Positions 22,961 to 36,334 of a stretch of DNA of 64,000 nt are shown in pieces. Within the stretch, counting starts at the first letter, position 1; the number at the start of each line of letters is the position of its first letter. The stretch is from contig CAWDMT010000008.1 in the NCBI GenBank assembly GCA_963803485.1, positions 99,060-163,059 on the forward strand. Direction: 5' to 3'. The notes below the pieces were generated by a model. It was not told the origin of the DNA. It worked only from the letters and a program-made list of their open reading frames with translations, and ran no database searches. Origin of the DNA: an uncultured Alphaproteobacteria bacterium. Its GTDB lineage: Bacteria; Pseudomonadota; Alphaproteobacteria; Rhizobiales; Tepidamorphaceae. A program made the translations under genes and the position numbers.

Positions 22961-23041
22961 ACCGAAATATCCATCCAGGTAACTGGAACTCGAATGAAGT
23001 TGCCAAAGTGTCACAGAGGCTAAGTCGCGGTGTAGCCCAAC

Positions 23042-23070
23042 AAAAAGGGGCGGCCAGTTGGCCGCCCCTT
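23042..23070 (-). terminator. Rho-independent terminator downstream of nrdJ
   Basis: GGGGCGGCC-AGTT-GGCCGCCCC (23047-23068). On the minus strand it is followed by TTTTT (complement of AAAAA 23042-23046). Confidence 0.65.
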
Positions 23071-23096
23071 GCGTCAGTTCGGCGAAATCCGCCGGA

Positions 23097-26819
<3,723 letters not shown>

Positions 26820-27373
26820 CTCTCTGCTCCACCATGTATCTTCGTATCTTCGCGCAAAAAATCCGCGCCGGACCACGACCGACCCGGCTCCTACGCACTC
26901 GCAATGACGCTTTACCCCGTCACCCCGGAGATCGCCCCCGATCTCCGCACCCATCGCGATCCGGGCGTCTTCGGCCCTCTGATCGCGTTACTTGCCCTTA
27001 CGTCACTCAGTCTCTCGAGACGCGGAGTACTCTTCTCCCGCCCGGCTCGGCCTAATGCGGGGCCCAAGTCGTCTCGTCTCGGATGAGGTTGTCCGGGTGC
27101 TTCCCGGCTGCCGGGCGATTGCCGCGACGTCCACAACGCTAAAGCGACTTAACTCCGCCCGTCAAGGATTAGTATGCGCGGATAAACAAATCCCTAAATC
27201 TGGTATCTCGCACCCAGAATACGCGGTTAACTCCGGGGAAAACCCGGAATCCACGAGGCGCTGCAATCACTTCCGATTGGGGCCGATTTCGCATCGAATT
27301 GTCACATTCGATTTCAACGCGGAGTAAGCGGGGCGGGATATGTTCCGCAAGGTGACAGACGGAGCCCCCCGGA

Positions 27374-28066
27374 ATGAAGAAGAGCCTCGCCTACGGCCGC
27401 ACGCTGGACACGATGGACGTTGTTCTTGTGCAGGACAATCGCGGCGCCCAGGCGATCCTGCGGTCGATGATCGCGTCGTTCCGCGTCAAGCGCCTGCGCG
27501 TGTATGACCGGGCCGACGATGCGCTCAAGGACATGATGATCGACCCGCCTTCGGTGGTGATCACCGACTGGGAGATGAAGCCGATGAGCGGCTATCGATT
27601 TACGCGCCTGGTGCGCAACAAGTCGATGGAACCGTTGTGCTACGTTCCGATCATCGTTGTTTCCGGAAGTCCGACCATGAGCTTCGTGGACCGTGCGTTC
27701 TCGAACGGCGTCAACAATATCATGGTCAAGCCCGTGGCCCCGACGATGCTCCGCCGGCGCCTCGAATGGCTAACACAGGACGCGCGCGGCTTCGAACTCA
27801 AGGGCGACCAGCTCGTCGTCCGTGGCATGGATGAAATTCTCGAGACGAGGGTGCGGCGCAACGACGTTGCCGACATGCTGAAGCGCCAGAAGATCATGCA
27901 GGAGGCGCTGACAAAGGAGGCGCAGAGCGCACAGGATCTCGTGGACCGGATCGTCAACGGCGAGGTGGACGTTGATTTGCTACCGCGCGATCTGCCGGGC
28001 GTAGCCCAATCCGTTCGGGACAGGGCGCCGGCCGACGTTCGCCGCACTGGAACAGCTGGACCATGA
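27374..28066 (+). CDS. Response regulator receiver protein with uncharacterised ~100-aa C-terminal extension
   Basis: REC-like pattern: VVLVQDN, phospho-acceptor VVITDWEMKPMSG, VVSG, VKP. No recognisable HTH or enzymatic output domain. Confidence 0.7.
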   Translation: MKKSLAYGRTLDTMDVVLVQDNRGAQAILRSMIASFRVKRLRVYDRADDALKDMMIDPPSVVITDWEMKPMSGYRFTRLVRNKSMEPLCYVPIIVVSGSPTMSFVDRAFSNGVNNIMVKPVAPTMLRRRLEWLTQDARGFELKGDQLVVRGMDEILETRVRRNDVADMLKRQKIMQEALTKEAQSAQDLVDRIVNGEVDVDLLPRDLPGVAQSVRDRAPADVRRTGTAGP

Positions 28067-28149
28067 ACTGACCCGTTCCCGTCCCGGCCGAGGCTGGACA
28101 CAGGGGGCATCGCGCGCCATAGTCCGCGCCGCCAACCGAGCGGACGGAC

Positions 28150-28560
28150 ATGCGCGAACTCATTCTACAATTATTCACGTGGTGGAACCGGGCGACGATC
28201 GGGCTGCGCTTCCACCTCTGGCGCAAGGGCGAGTTCGTCGGCGAGGATGCCTTCGGCAACCGCTATTACCGCCGTCGGGGAGGACGCCCCGATCCTGCTC
28301 TCGGGTTCGAGCGGCGCTGGGTGATCTACTCCGGAGTGTCCGAGGCGAGCTTCATTCCTCCGGAGTGGCACGGGTGGATGCATCATATCGTCGACGTGCC
28401 GCCGACGGAGGCCGGCTACAGTCCGAAATCCTGGGAGAAGCCGCACCGCCCGAACCTTACGGGCACACCCGGTGCCTATCGGCCGGCCGGCAGTCTGCTG
28501 ACGCCCGAGCGGCGCCCCCGCGTGGCTGGCGACTACGACGCCTGGTCGCCCGGGGCGTGA
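28150..28560 (+). CDS. NADH:ubiquinone oxidoreductase subunit NDUFA12-family protein
   Basis: FTWWNRATIGLRFHLWRKGEFVGEDAFGNRYYR...PEWHGWMHHIVDVPP is the typical NDUFA12 signature. Confidence 0.85.
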   Translation: MRELILQLFTWWNRATIGLRFHLWRKGEFVGEDAFGNRYYRRRGGRPDPALGFERRWVIYSGVSEASFIPPEWHGWMHHIVDVPPTEAGYSPKSWEKPHRPNLTGTPGAYRPAGSLLTPERRPRVAGDYDAWSPGA

Positions 28561-28601
28561 CCGGCCGCGTTTTCGGCACATTCCCGCATCACAGGGTCAT
28601 C

Positions 28602-29418
28602 ATGGTCGAGCGAGCAGCCAGACGGACGATCGGTGGCGGCCTGCGCGCGGCGGTAGTCGTCGCGATGCTGACGGCAATGCCGGCGATCGCGCAGGCGCAG
28701 CGCGACGACAGCGCCCCGCTGCCTCCCAGCCCAGACCAGGGATGGCAATTGCCCGGCGGGTTCCAGTTGCCACAGCAGCAGTTCCCCCCGCAGCAGCAGT
28801 TTCCTCCGCCGCCACCACAGCAGCAGTTCCCGCCGCAACAGTTCCCGCCGCAACAGTTTCCGCCTCAGGAGCAGTTCCCTCCGCAACAATTCCCGCCGGA
28901 CCAGTTTCCTCCGGACCAGTTTCCGTCAGATCAGTTCCCCCCGGACCAGTTTCCGCCCGGGGACGGCATTCAAATGCCGCCGGACGAGCAGTTTCCCGAC
29001 GATGGGCAACAGCCGCTGCCGGACGACCAGCAGGGACTCGACCGAGGGGGAGCAGCCCCAGGTTCCGCAGGAGCAGACCGACACCAAGATCCGCAATCCC
29101 GTTGCCGAGTTCACTGGGCTCGACAAGATCACGGGCCGGGTCATCACGTTCGACGTGCTGATCGACGAGACCGTGCAGTTCGGCGCGCTGCAGGTTACGC
29201 CGAGGGTCTGCTACTCGCGCCCGCCGACCGAACCGCCGCGCACCACGGTCTTCGTCGAGGTCGACGAGGTGACGCTGGATAACCGGATCCAGCGGATATT
29301 CTCAGGGTGGATGTTCGCCGACAGCCCCGGGCTCAACGCCGTGGAGCACCCCGTCTACGACGTTTGGCTGGCCAACTGCAAGGAGACCTCGGAGGAGGTG
29401 GACACGGGCAGCTTATAG
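28602..29418 (+). pseudogene. DUF2155-family periplasmic protein with an N-terminal (Q/D)QFPP repeat region, one frame change near 29040
   Basis: Signal peptide MVERAARRTIGGGLRAAVVVAMLTAMPAIAQA and the repeats are in one frame. The DUF2155 body FTGLDKITGRVITFDVLIDETVQFGALQVTPRVCYSRPPTEPPRTTVFVEVDE...VWLANC is in the next frame. Confidence 0.75.
28772..28958 (+). repeat. In-frame 15-nt tandem repeat encoding 12 consecutive (Q/D)QFPP units
   Basis: QQQFPP QQQFPPPPP QQQFPP QQFPP QQFPP QEQFPP QQFPP DQFPP DQFPP DQFPS DQFPP DQFPP, read from the translation. Confidence 0.85.
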
Positions 29419-30026
29419 AAGTCGGCCCGGCCATTGACGGCACTGTCGAGCCGCCGGTGGTACTCTTTCCGGGACAACTCGTAAGCGCCTAGCCGCTTCA
29501 AGTGGTCGGTGACGAACTGCGTGTCGAGCAGTTCGAAACCGCCGGCGCGCAGCCGTGCGACCAGATGGACCAGTGCGATCTTGCTGGCGTCGGTGTCCCG
29601 GTGGAACATGCTCTCGCCGAAGAATGCCGCGCCGAGGTGAACACCATACAGCCCGCCCACGAGGCCGCCGCCGCGCCAGATCTCTACCGTATGGGCGTGG
29701 CCGATCGCGAACAAGGCGCGATAGAGACGGCGTATCTCCGCGTTGATCCAGGTCGAGCGGCGGCCGGGTCCGGCGGCGGCACAGGCGTCGATCACAGCGT
29801 CGAAGTCGTGGTCGATGCGGACCTCGTAGTCGGTCCGGCGCACGGCCCGAGCGAGGCTGCGCGACACCACCAGCCCGTCGAGCGGCAGGATGCCGCGCTC
29901 CTTGGGCTCGATCCAGTAGAGAACAGGATCGGTTGCGCTCTCCGCCATCGGGAAGATGCCGCAGGCATAGGCCTTGAGGAGCACCTCCGGCGTGATTTCA
30001 ACGAAAAGATTGTCAGGAGAAGCCAT
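29355..30026 (-). CDS. aat: Leucyl/phenylalanyl-tRNA--protein transferase
   Basis: 223 aa with [38 protein letters not shown] motifs. The 3' end overlaps the convergent DUF2155 gene by 64 nt, so the true stop may lie earlier. Confidence 0.88.
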   Translation of the reverse strand: MASPDNLFVEITPEVLLKAYACGIFPMAESATDPVLYWIEPKERGILPLDGLVVSRSLARAVRRTDYEVRIDHDFDAVIDACAAAGPGRRSTWINAEIRRLYRALFAIGHAHTVEIWRGGGLVGGLYGVHLGAAFFGESMFHRDTDASKIALVHLVARLRAGGFELLDTQFVTDHLKRLGAYELSRKEYHRRLDSAVNGRADFYKLPVSTSSEVSLQLASQTS

Positions 30027-30075
30027 GGAAGGGGAGTTCTAGCGCGCGTGACCGTATTGTCACCGGCTAAGATCG

Positions 30076-30215
30076 TCACGCCCGCAACTTCGCCGGTGCG
30101 ACGCCGGCCTCAAGCATTGCGACGATCTCGAGCGCGGGCTGGCCGTGAAGCGTTTCCCGCATTCGTTCGACGAAATGATAGCGGTTCTGAAGGCCGGTGA
30201 GTGGGTGGAATTGCG
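30076..30215 (-). pseudogene. Relic of a GGDEF (diguanylate cyclase) domain N-terminus
   Basis: The minus strand reads LLAQFHPLTGLQNRYHFVERMRETLHGQPALEIVAMLEAGVAPAKLRA* with no start codon. (D/H)PLTGLxNRxxF is the characteristic start of GGDEF domains. Only about 45 codons remain. Confidence 0.25.
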
Positions 30216-30237
30216 CCAGAAGGCCGAAAAGTCGGCC
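30215..30237 (-). terminator. Possible terminator after accC
   Basis: GGCCGA-CTTT-TCGGCC on the minus strand (30222-30237) is followed by TTCTGG. The stem is short and the U-tract weak. Confidence 0.3.
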
Positions 30238-30246
30238 GTTACAATT

Positions 30247-31625
30247 CTAGCCTTCGGCCGAACTTTCCTGCTCGCTTTTCGCTTCGAGGAAACGCTCCAG
30301 CCAGTGGATGTCGTAGTCGCCGTCCATGATATCGGGTTCGGCGACCAGGCGCTGGAACAGCGGGATCGTCGTCTCGATGCCGTCGACGACGAATTCGCCG
30401 AGCGCGCGGCGCAGGCGCATCAGGCACTCGTTGCGCGTCTTGCCGTGGACGATCAGCTTGCCGATCAGGCTGTCGTAGTAGCGGCGGGATGCGATAGCCC
30501 GCATAGACGCGCCGAATCGACCCGGACGCCGAGCCCGCCGGGCGGATGGTAATAGGTGATCTTGCCGGGCGACGGCGCGGAAGGTGGCAGGGTTCTCGGC
30601 GTTGATCGCGGCACTCGATGGCGTGGCCCTCGAAGGTGATGTCGTTCTGCGCTCATCGACAGCGCGGTGCCGGCGGCGACGCGGATCTGCTCGTTGACGA
30701 GATCGATGCCGGTGATCATCTCGGTGACCGGGTGCTCGACCTGCAGCCGCGTGTTCATCTCGATGAAGTAGAACTCGCCGTTCTCGTAGAGGAACTCGAC
30801 CGTGCCGGCGCCGGAATAGCCGAGCTCGCCGCATGGCCTTGGCGACACGGCCGCCGATCGCGTCGCGCTGCCTCGACGTTGAGGGCCGGGGAGCGGGCCT
30901 CCTCCCAGACCTTCTGGTGGCGGCGCTGCAGCGAGCAGTCGCGCTCGCCCAGATGCATGGCGTTGCCCTGGCCGTCGCCGAGCACCTGGATCTCGATGTG
31001 GCGCGGGCTGGCGAGATACTTCTCGAGATAGACGGCGTCGTCGCCGAAGGCGGCCTTGGCCTCGGCGCGCGCGGTCTGGCAACGCAGTCTCGAGGTCGTT
31101 CGGCGTCATGCGCGACCTTCATGCCGCGCCCGCCGCCGCCGGCGGCCGCCTTGATCAGCACGGGATAGCCGATATCGGCGGCGACCTTGCCGCGCGGCGC
31201 TGCTCGTCGATCGCCGCCGTCGGAGCCCGGCACGACGGGAATGCCGAGCTGCGCGGCCGTCTGCTTGGCCTCGATCTTGTCGCCCATGATGCGGATGTGC
31301 TCCGGCGCTCGGACCGATGAAGGTGATGCCGTGCGCGGCGCAGGATCTCGGCGAAGCGCGCGTTCTCGGACAGGAAGCCATAGCCGGGATGGACCGCGTC
31401 GGCGCCGGTGATCTCGCAGGCGGCGAGGAGCGACGGGATGTTGAGGTAGCTGTCGCGGGCCGGCGGCGGGCCGATGCAGACGCTCTCGTCGGCGAGGCGG
31501 ACATGCATGGCGTCGGCGTCGGCGGTCGAATGGACGGCGACGGTCTGGATGCCGAGTTCCTTGCAGGCGCGCAGGACGCGCAGGGCGATTTCGCCGCGAT
31601 TGGCGATGAGGATCTTGTCGAACAT
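30247..31625 (-). pseudogene. accC: Acetyl-CoA carboxylase biotin carboxylase subunit, multiple frame changes
   Basis: [47 protein letters not shown]...[15 protein letters not shown] (31155-31625). [48 protein letters not shown] (30465-31109 frame). C-terminus DIHWLERFLE...AEG* (30247 frame). Confidence 0.9.
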
Positions 31626-31640
31626 GCGAGGCCCCGCCGC

Positions 31641-32105
31641 TTACTCGATGACCAGGAGCGGCTCGCCGTATTCGACCGGCTGCCCGTCCTCGACGAGGAT
31701 GTGCGTGACCGTGCCGGAGCGCGGGGCGGGGATCTGGTTCATCGTCTTCATCGCCTCGATGATGAGCAGGGTCTGGCCCTCGCTTGACCTTGGCGCCGAC
31801 CTCGACGAAGGCTGGGCGCCGGGCTCGGGCGCGCGATAGGCGGTGCCGACCATCGGCGAGGTCACGCGCCCGCCGGATGCGGCGTGCCTCGGCATCGGCA
31901 GCGGCTGCGGCGGCGGCACGGCGTGCCGGCGCGGCCGGCGCACCGTGTGCGGCCATGAGCAGTGCGACGGCGCCGCCGGCCGCGCGCGACGCGCACCCGC
32001 AGCTCGTCCTGCTCGATCTCGATCTCGGTCAGGTCCGGTCTCGGTGAGCAGCGCGGCAAGGTCACGGATGAGCTGCTTGTCGATGTCGCGTGACGGACGG
32101 TCCAT
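31641..32105 (-). pseudogene. accB: Biotin carboxyl carrier protein of acetyl-CoA carboxylase, internal frame changes
   Basis: MDRPSRDIDKQLIRDLAALLTET, then DLTEIEIEQDELRVRVAR in another frame. C-terminal SPMVGTAYRAPEPGA...EGQTLLIIEAMKTMNQIPAPRSGTVTHILVEDGQPVEYGEPLLVIE* with the biotinyl-Lys motif. Confidence 0.85.
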
Positions 32106-32136
32106 CGGAAGTCCCTGTTCGTTGTTCCGGAGGCCG

Positions 32137-32589
32137 TCAGGCCCCGTTGGTTAGCAGGTTGTGCAGGCGCGTCGAGCGCCAGCTCGTAGCCGGTGGCGCC
32201 GAAGCCGCAGATCACGCCGACCGCGACCGCGCGACACGTAGGAATGATGGCGAAAGGCCTCGCGGGCATGAGACGTTGGACAGATGCACCTCCACGACCG
32301 GGAGTGCCGGCGGCTGCGCAGCGCGTCGTGGAGCGCAAGCGACGTGTGGGTGTAGGCGCCGGCATTCAGCACGATCGCCGCGGCCGTCGTCCGCGCCTCC
32401 TGGATCCAGTCGACCAGTTCGCCTTCGTGGTTGGACTGGCGAAAGTCGACGTTAAGCCCCAGTCGCCGCGGCGTGAGCCGGCAGCGCTCCTCGACATCGG
32501 CCAGCGTCCGCGTCCCATAAATGGCCGGCTCGCGCAGACCGAGGCAGGTTCAGATTCGGACCGTTGAGGATGAAACGGGCTTCGGCCAT
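32137..32589 (-). pseudogene. aroQ: Type II 3-dehydroquinate dehydratase, frame changes
   Basis: [15 protein letters not shown]...EPAIYG...[17 protein letters not shown]...[10 protein letters not shown]...[13 protein letters not shown]...[11 protein letters not shown] is recoverable only by switching frames. Classic aroQ-accB-accC order. Confidence 0.85.
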
Positions 32590-32649
32590 CGATTCGCTGC
32601 GAGATTTCCGCCGGCGCGCTGAGTTGCCGGCTCCTGGTGTGACAGCCGC

Positions 32650-33460
32650 TTATAGAGAGGCGGTCCGGAGGGGGAAGGGGGCAAGCCTAGCAGACCTCGT
32701 CAGCCGCTTCTCGCGAAGTTCGGCAATACTTTTCCCTGATCGCATCGATCGCCGACGGCGCCCATCATGATCTCGTCGCCGACGATGTAGGTCGGCGTCC
32801 CGTGAATGCCGAGCGCCCTGCGCGAGCCGGTAGTGCCTCCACGATCGGTTCGTCGACGGTGGGATCGGCGATCTCGATCTCGAGCGCATCACGATCGATG
32901 CCCATATCCTCGGCGACTTGGCGAGCCCGCTCCCCGTCGACCTGTCCCTGGCTGGACAGCAGGGCGACGTGGAAGTCGAAATACTGGTCCGGCGGCCTCG
33001 CGACGCACGGCCACGGCGACCCTGGCCGCCTGATGCGGACTCTTCCCCAGCACCGGCAATTCCTTGAAGACGACGCTCAGGTCGTGATCTTCCTCGATCA
33101 AGCGCGGCGAGGTCGGCATCAGCGCCGGCAGTAACCGCAGTTGTAGTCGAAGAACTCGACCAGCGTGACGTTGCCGTCGGGATTTCCGGCCACATAGGCG
33201 TTTGGCGAGCGGAATATCTCGTCGGCATTCTCGGCGACGGCGCTTCTCGCTGCGTCAGCCTCGCTCTGCGCCTGCTGCCGCTCCAGAGCCTCCAGCACCT
33301 CCTCGAGGACCCCGGGGTTCGCGATCAGGTAGTCGCGGACGATACGACCGACCTCATCGCGCTGTTCGTCGCTGAAGGCGCCGTCGGCCATTCGCGGCGG
33401 CTCCGAACGAAGCCCGACCACGACGAACGCGGCGGCGACGAGGATCGCTCCCGCGAGCAC
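32650..33460 (-). pseudogene. DsbA-family thiol:disulfide oxidoreductase (membrane-anchored), frame changes; 3' end uncertain (32650-32700)
   Basis: TM MLAGAILVAAAFVVVGL. GNPDGNVTLVEFFDYNCGYCRR carries the CxxC motif. LIEEDHDLSVVFKELPVLG and GIHGTPTYIVGDEIMMGAVG are in other frames. Confidence 0.75.
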
Positions 33461-33520
33461 GAGCGCGACGGTTCTGGAGATCTGCGGGCACCTCGCTGGA
33501 GGACTGGACCGGGCGAGGTA

Positions 33521-34942
33521 TCACGTTCTCGGCGGGCGGTAATTCAAAATGTCGTCAGCCCGCAGCGCGGCCGGGGAGCCAGCCGAAGTGCCTGGCGCGC
33601 CCGCTGTGCGAAGCGCTTGGCCGTTTCGTGGTCACCGTGGAAGCCATGTGGCCCTGCGCGGTGGCAAGGTCAGCCTCGGGGATGCGGCCCGCACGACCAT
33701 AGGCCATGGCGAGATAGCGGTAGCCTCCCGCGTGTTCCGGTTCGCGCTGGAGAGCCGGCGTTTAGCTGGCTGATGGCATCGTCCAGGAATTGGTTGTCTT
33801 CCGTCGCGACGAGGGCCTGGCCGAGAGTGATCCTGCACGAGGGGAGCTTCCGGCTGGAGCGAGGAAGCGCTGACGCAGCGGCTCGATCGGCTTCGCCGGG
33901 CCGACCGGCGCGGATGAGGAGTTCTCCCTTGAACTCCCAGAACCAGGCATTGTCCGGCTGCGCCTGGATGAGGCCGTCCACGGCCTGAATGGCCGCGCGG
34001 ATGTTGCCGCTGCGCATCTCGGCGATGGCGCGGGCGTATCGCCCGGCGAGGCCCTGATCGGACCCATAGCGCCGCTGAACCGAGCTGGGGTGCTCCAGAT
34101 TCCCGAAATCTTCGCCTTGGCGAGATCGTGACGCGCCTGAAGGGCCGGCGGGTCGGTCCGGTCGAAGTGGGGCTCTGGCGAGCGATCGCCTCCAGGGCGG
34201 CTATGCGATCGCGCGGCATCGGATGACTGCGCGAATAGGGATCGGCATAGCGGTCGGTGAACATCGACTGGTCGGCGAAGCGCGAAAAGGTGACCAGCAT
34301 ACCCTTGGCCGACTGGCTCGTGGCGTTGAGGTAATTGACCGCCGCCCGGTCCGCCGCCTGTTCCTCGGTCCGCTGGTAGGCGAGAAGGGTGCGATGGGCC
34401 ATGTGCTGGCCGCCCATCATGACGGCCTGGCCGGCCTCCACGCCCTGACCTCCGGCGCCGGTCATCGCGCCGGCGGCGATCGCCCCGGCGCCAAGCAGAG
34501 TCGACAGGATAGCGACGGCTGTGGCGCCGCTCAGCTCGTTGCGCAGGCGAGCCAGGTGTCCGCCCGCGATATGGCCGGCCTCGTGAGCGAGGACGCCTAT
34601 GACCTCGTTCGGCGTTCCCGCCTGAAGAAGGACACCGGCATTGATGAAGATGCGGCGACCGTCGATGACGAAAGCGTTGAATTGCGCCGAGTTGACCACC
34701 ATGACCCGGATGTTCGAATTGCCGAGCCCCGCAGCGCGAAGGATCGGTGCGGCATAATCGCGGAGCAGCCCCTCGATCTCGGCGTCACGGATGAAACTGA
34801 TGCGTTGCTGGGCGGCGGCATTGTTCATTTGCGCGAGGGAAGCCGACAGGCCGACGGCGGCCGCAAGCCCGAGCCGGCCGACAACCCGTCCCGCTCGCGA
34901 CAGACCTGCCCGAACGAGAGCCTTCCCGAAGGTGGCAGCCAT
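33521..34942 (-). pseudogene. M48-family Zn metalloprotease with C-terminal TPR region (BepA/YfgC-like), frame changes in the C-terminal half
   Basis: Signal peptide, then GVLAHEAGHIAGGH (HExxH), YSRSHPMPRDRIAALE. TPR part IQAQPDNAWFWEFKGELLIRAGRPGEA and the end GSPAALRADDILNYRPPRT* are in other frames. Confidence 0.8.
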
Positions 34943-35139
34943 GATCGTCTCGCTCCCGTTATCGCGAAGCTAGGCTAAGGTGCGGCAAAAGACGGGTCAA
35001 ACGCCTCGTCCGCCGAATTGCCGTGACCTTGTGTGGGCGCGGCAGGACCGTCCGGTGCGCCGGGCCTACGAGAAACGGCCAATTGCGGCGGCAGGGTGGC
35101 AGATCCGACGGCCAGCAACCTCAAGGGAATGTGTTCGAG

Positions 35140-36328
35140 ATGAGTGATCGCAGCGCAGACATCCGTTCCACAAAGGCGCTGCCGCGCCTTGTCTCGCGCC
35201 GCTCGGAGGTGGCGCCGTTCCTGGCGATGGACGTTCCTGCGGGAAGCCAACGAGATCGAGGCCGCAGGACGTAGCGTCATGCACATGGAAGTCGGGCAGC
35301 CGGGCGCGCCTGCTCCGGCGGGGGTGCGCAAGGCCGCCGCCGAGGCACTGGAGCGCGGCGTGATCGGCTATACCGAGGCGCTCGGGACGATGGCTTTGCG
35401 CAAGCGAATCGCCCGCCACTACGCCGACGCCTACGACATCGACGTTCCGGTCTCCCGGGTCGTCGTCACCGCGGGGTCGTCGGCGGGATTCGTGCTGGCA
35501 TTCCTCGCCTGCTTCGACGCGGGGGGGCGGGTTGGGCTTGCGGCTCCCGGTTACCCGGCTTACTGCAATATTCTCTCCGCGCTGGGACTGGAGACGGTCT
35601 GGCTGGAGACGACGGAGGCCACCCGCTGGGCACCGACGCCGGACATGCTGGATGCGGCGGGCCATCTGGACGGGCTGCTGGTCGCGAGCCCTGCCAATCC
35701 GAGCGGCACGGTGATCGCGCCGGACGCGCTCCGCGACCTCGCGGGAGCCTGCCGGGATCGCGGCATCCGCTTCATCTCCGACGAGATTTATCACGGGCTG
35801 ACCTACGGCGCGCCGACAGACACGGCGCTGCGCTTCGGCGACGAGGCGCTGATCATCAACAGCTTCTCCAAATACTACTGCATGACCGGCTGGCGCATCG
35901 GATGGATGATCGTGCCGGAGGAACTCGTGCGGCCGATCGAACGGCTGGCCCAGAACCTCTACATCTCGCCGCCGGCCCTGTCGCAGTTCGGCGCGCTGGC
36001 GGCGTTCGACTGCAACGAGGAACTCGAGCGCAACAAGGCGGTCTATGCCGCCAACCGGGCGCTGCTACAGCATGCGTTGCCGAAGCTCGGCCTCGACCGC
36101 TTCCTGCCGATGGACGGAGCGTTCTACGCCTATCTGGACGTATCGAGGTTCACCAACGATTCCAGCGACTTCGCATCGCGCATCCTGCGCGAGGCCGGCG
36201 TGGCGACGACGCCAGGCCTGGACTTCGATCCCGAACGCGGCCGGCGGTTCCTGAGACTTTCATTCGCGGGCTCCACCGAGACGGTGGAGGAGGCCGTGCG
36301 TCGCCTCGGCGCCTGGTTGCCGCGCTGA
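35140..36328 (+). pseudogene. Class I/II PLP-dependent aminotransferase, one frame change near 35235
   Basis: MSDRSADIRSTKALPRLVSRRSEVAPFLAMDV (35023 frame) continues as REANEIEAAGRSVMHMEVGQPG... with the SFSKYYCMTGWRIGW lysine motif (35144 frame). Confidence 0.85.
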
Positions 36329-36334
36329 TCGCCG

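Noticed and set aside
22764-23006. 80-aa minus-strand ORF in the anmK/nrdJ gap
   Set aside because: Its third codon positions are not GC-biased, unlike every confident gene here. It has no RBS and no family resemblance. The region is better explained as non-coding RNA or a terminator region.
26820-27130. Possible cobalamin riboswitch or NrdR boxes in the nrdJ leader
   Set aside because: I looked for the B12-box/GGTG...AAATCC...GCCACTG pattern and for AT-rich 16-bp NrdR palindromes and could not find convincing matches by eye. An Infernal scan would be needed to exclude them formally.
28772-28958. Tandem repeats (also 57951-58085) considered as a possible CRISPR or VNTR array
   Set aside because: The units are 15 or 21 nt, contiguous with no spacers, and in frame inside coding sequence. 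They are coding low-complexity repeats, not CRISPR.
29355-29418. 64-nt overlap of the convergent aat and DUF2155 3' ends
   Set aside because: This is probably not biological. The aat tail after ...GRADF has no conserved features and the region is indel-prone. An earlier true stop in aat is more likely than a real antisense overlap.
30145-30552. 135-aa plus-strand ORF spanning the aat/accC gap
   Set aside because: Most of it is antisense to accC. The intergenic part is better explained by the minus-strand GGDEF relic and the hairpin.
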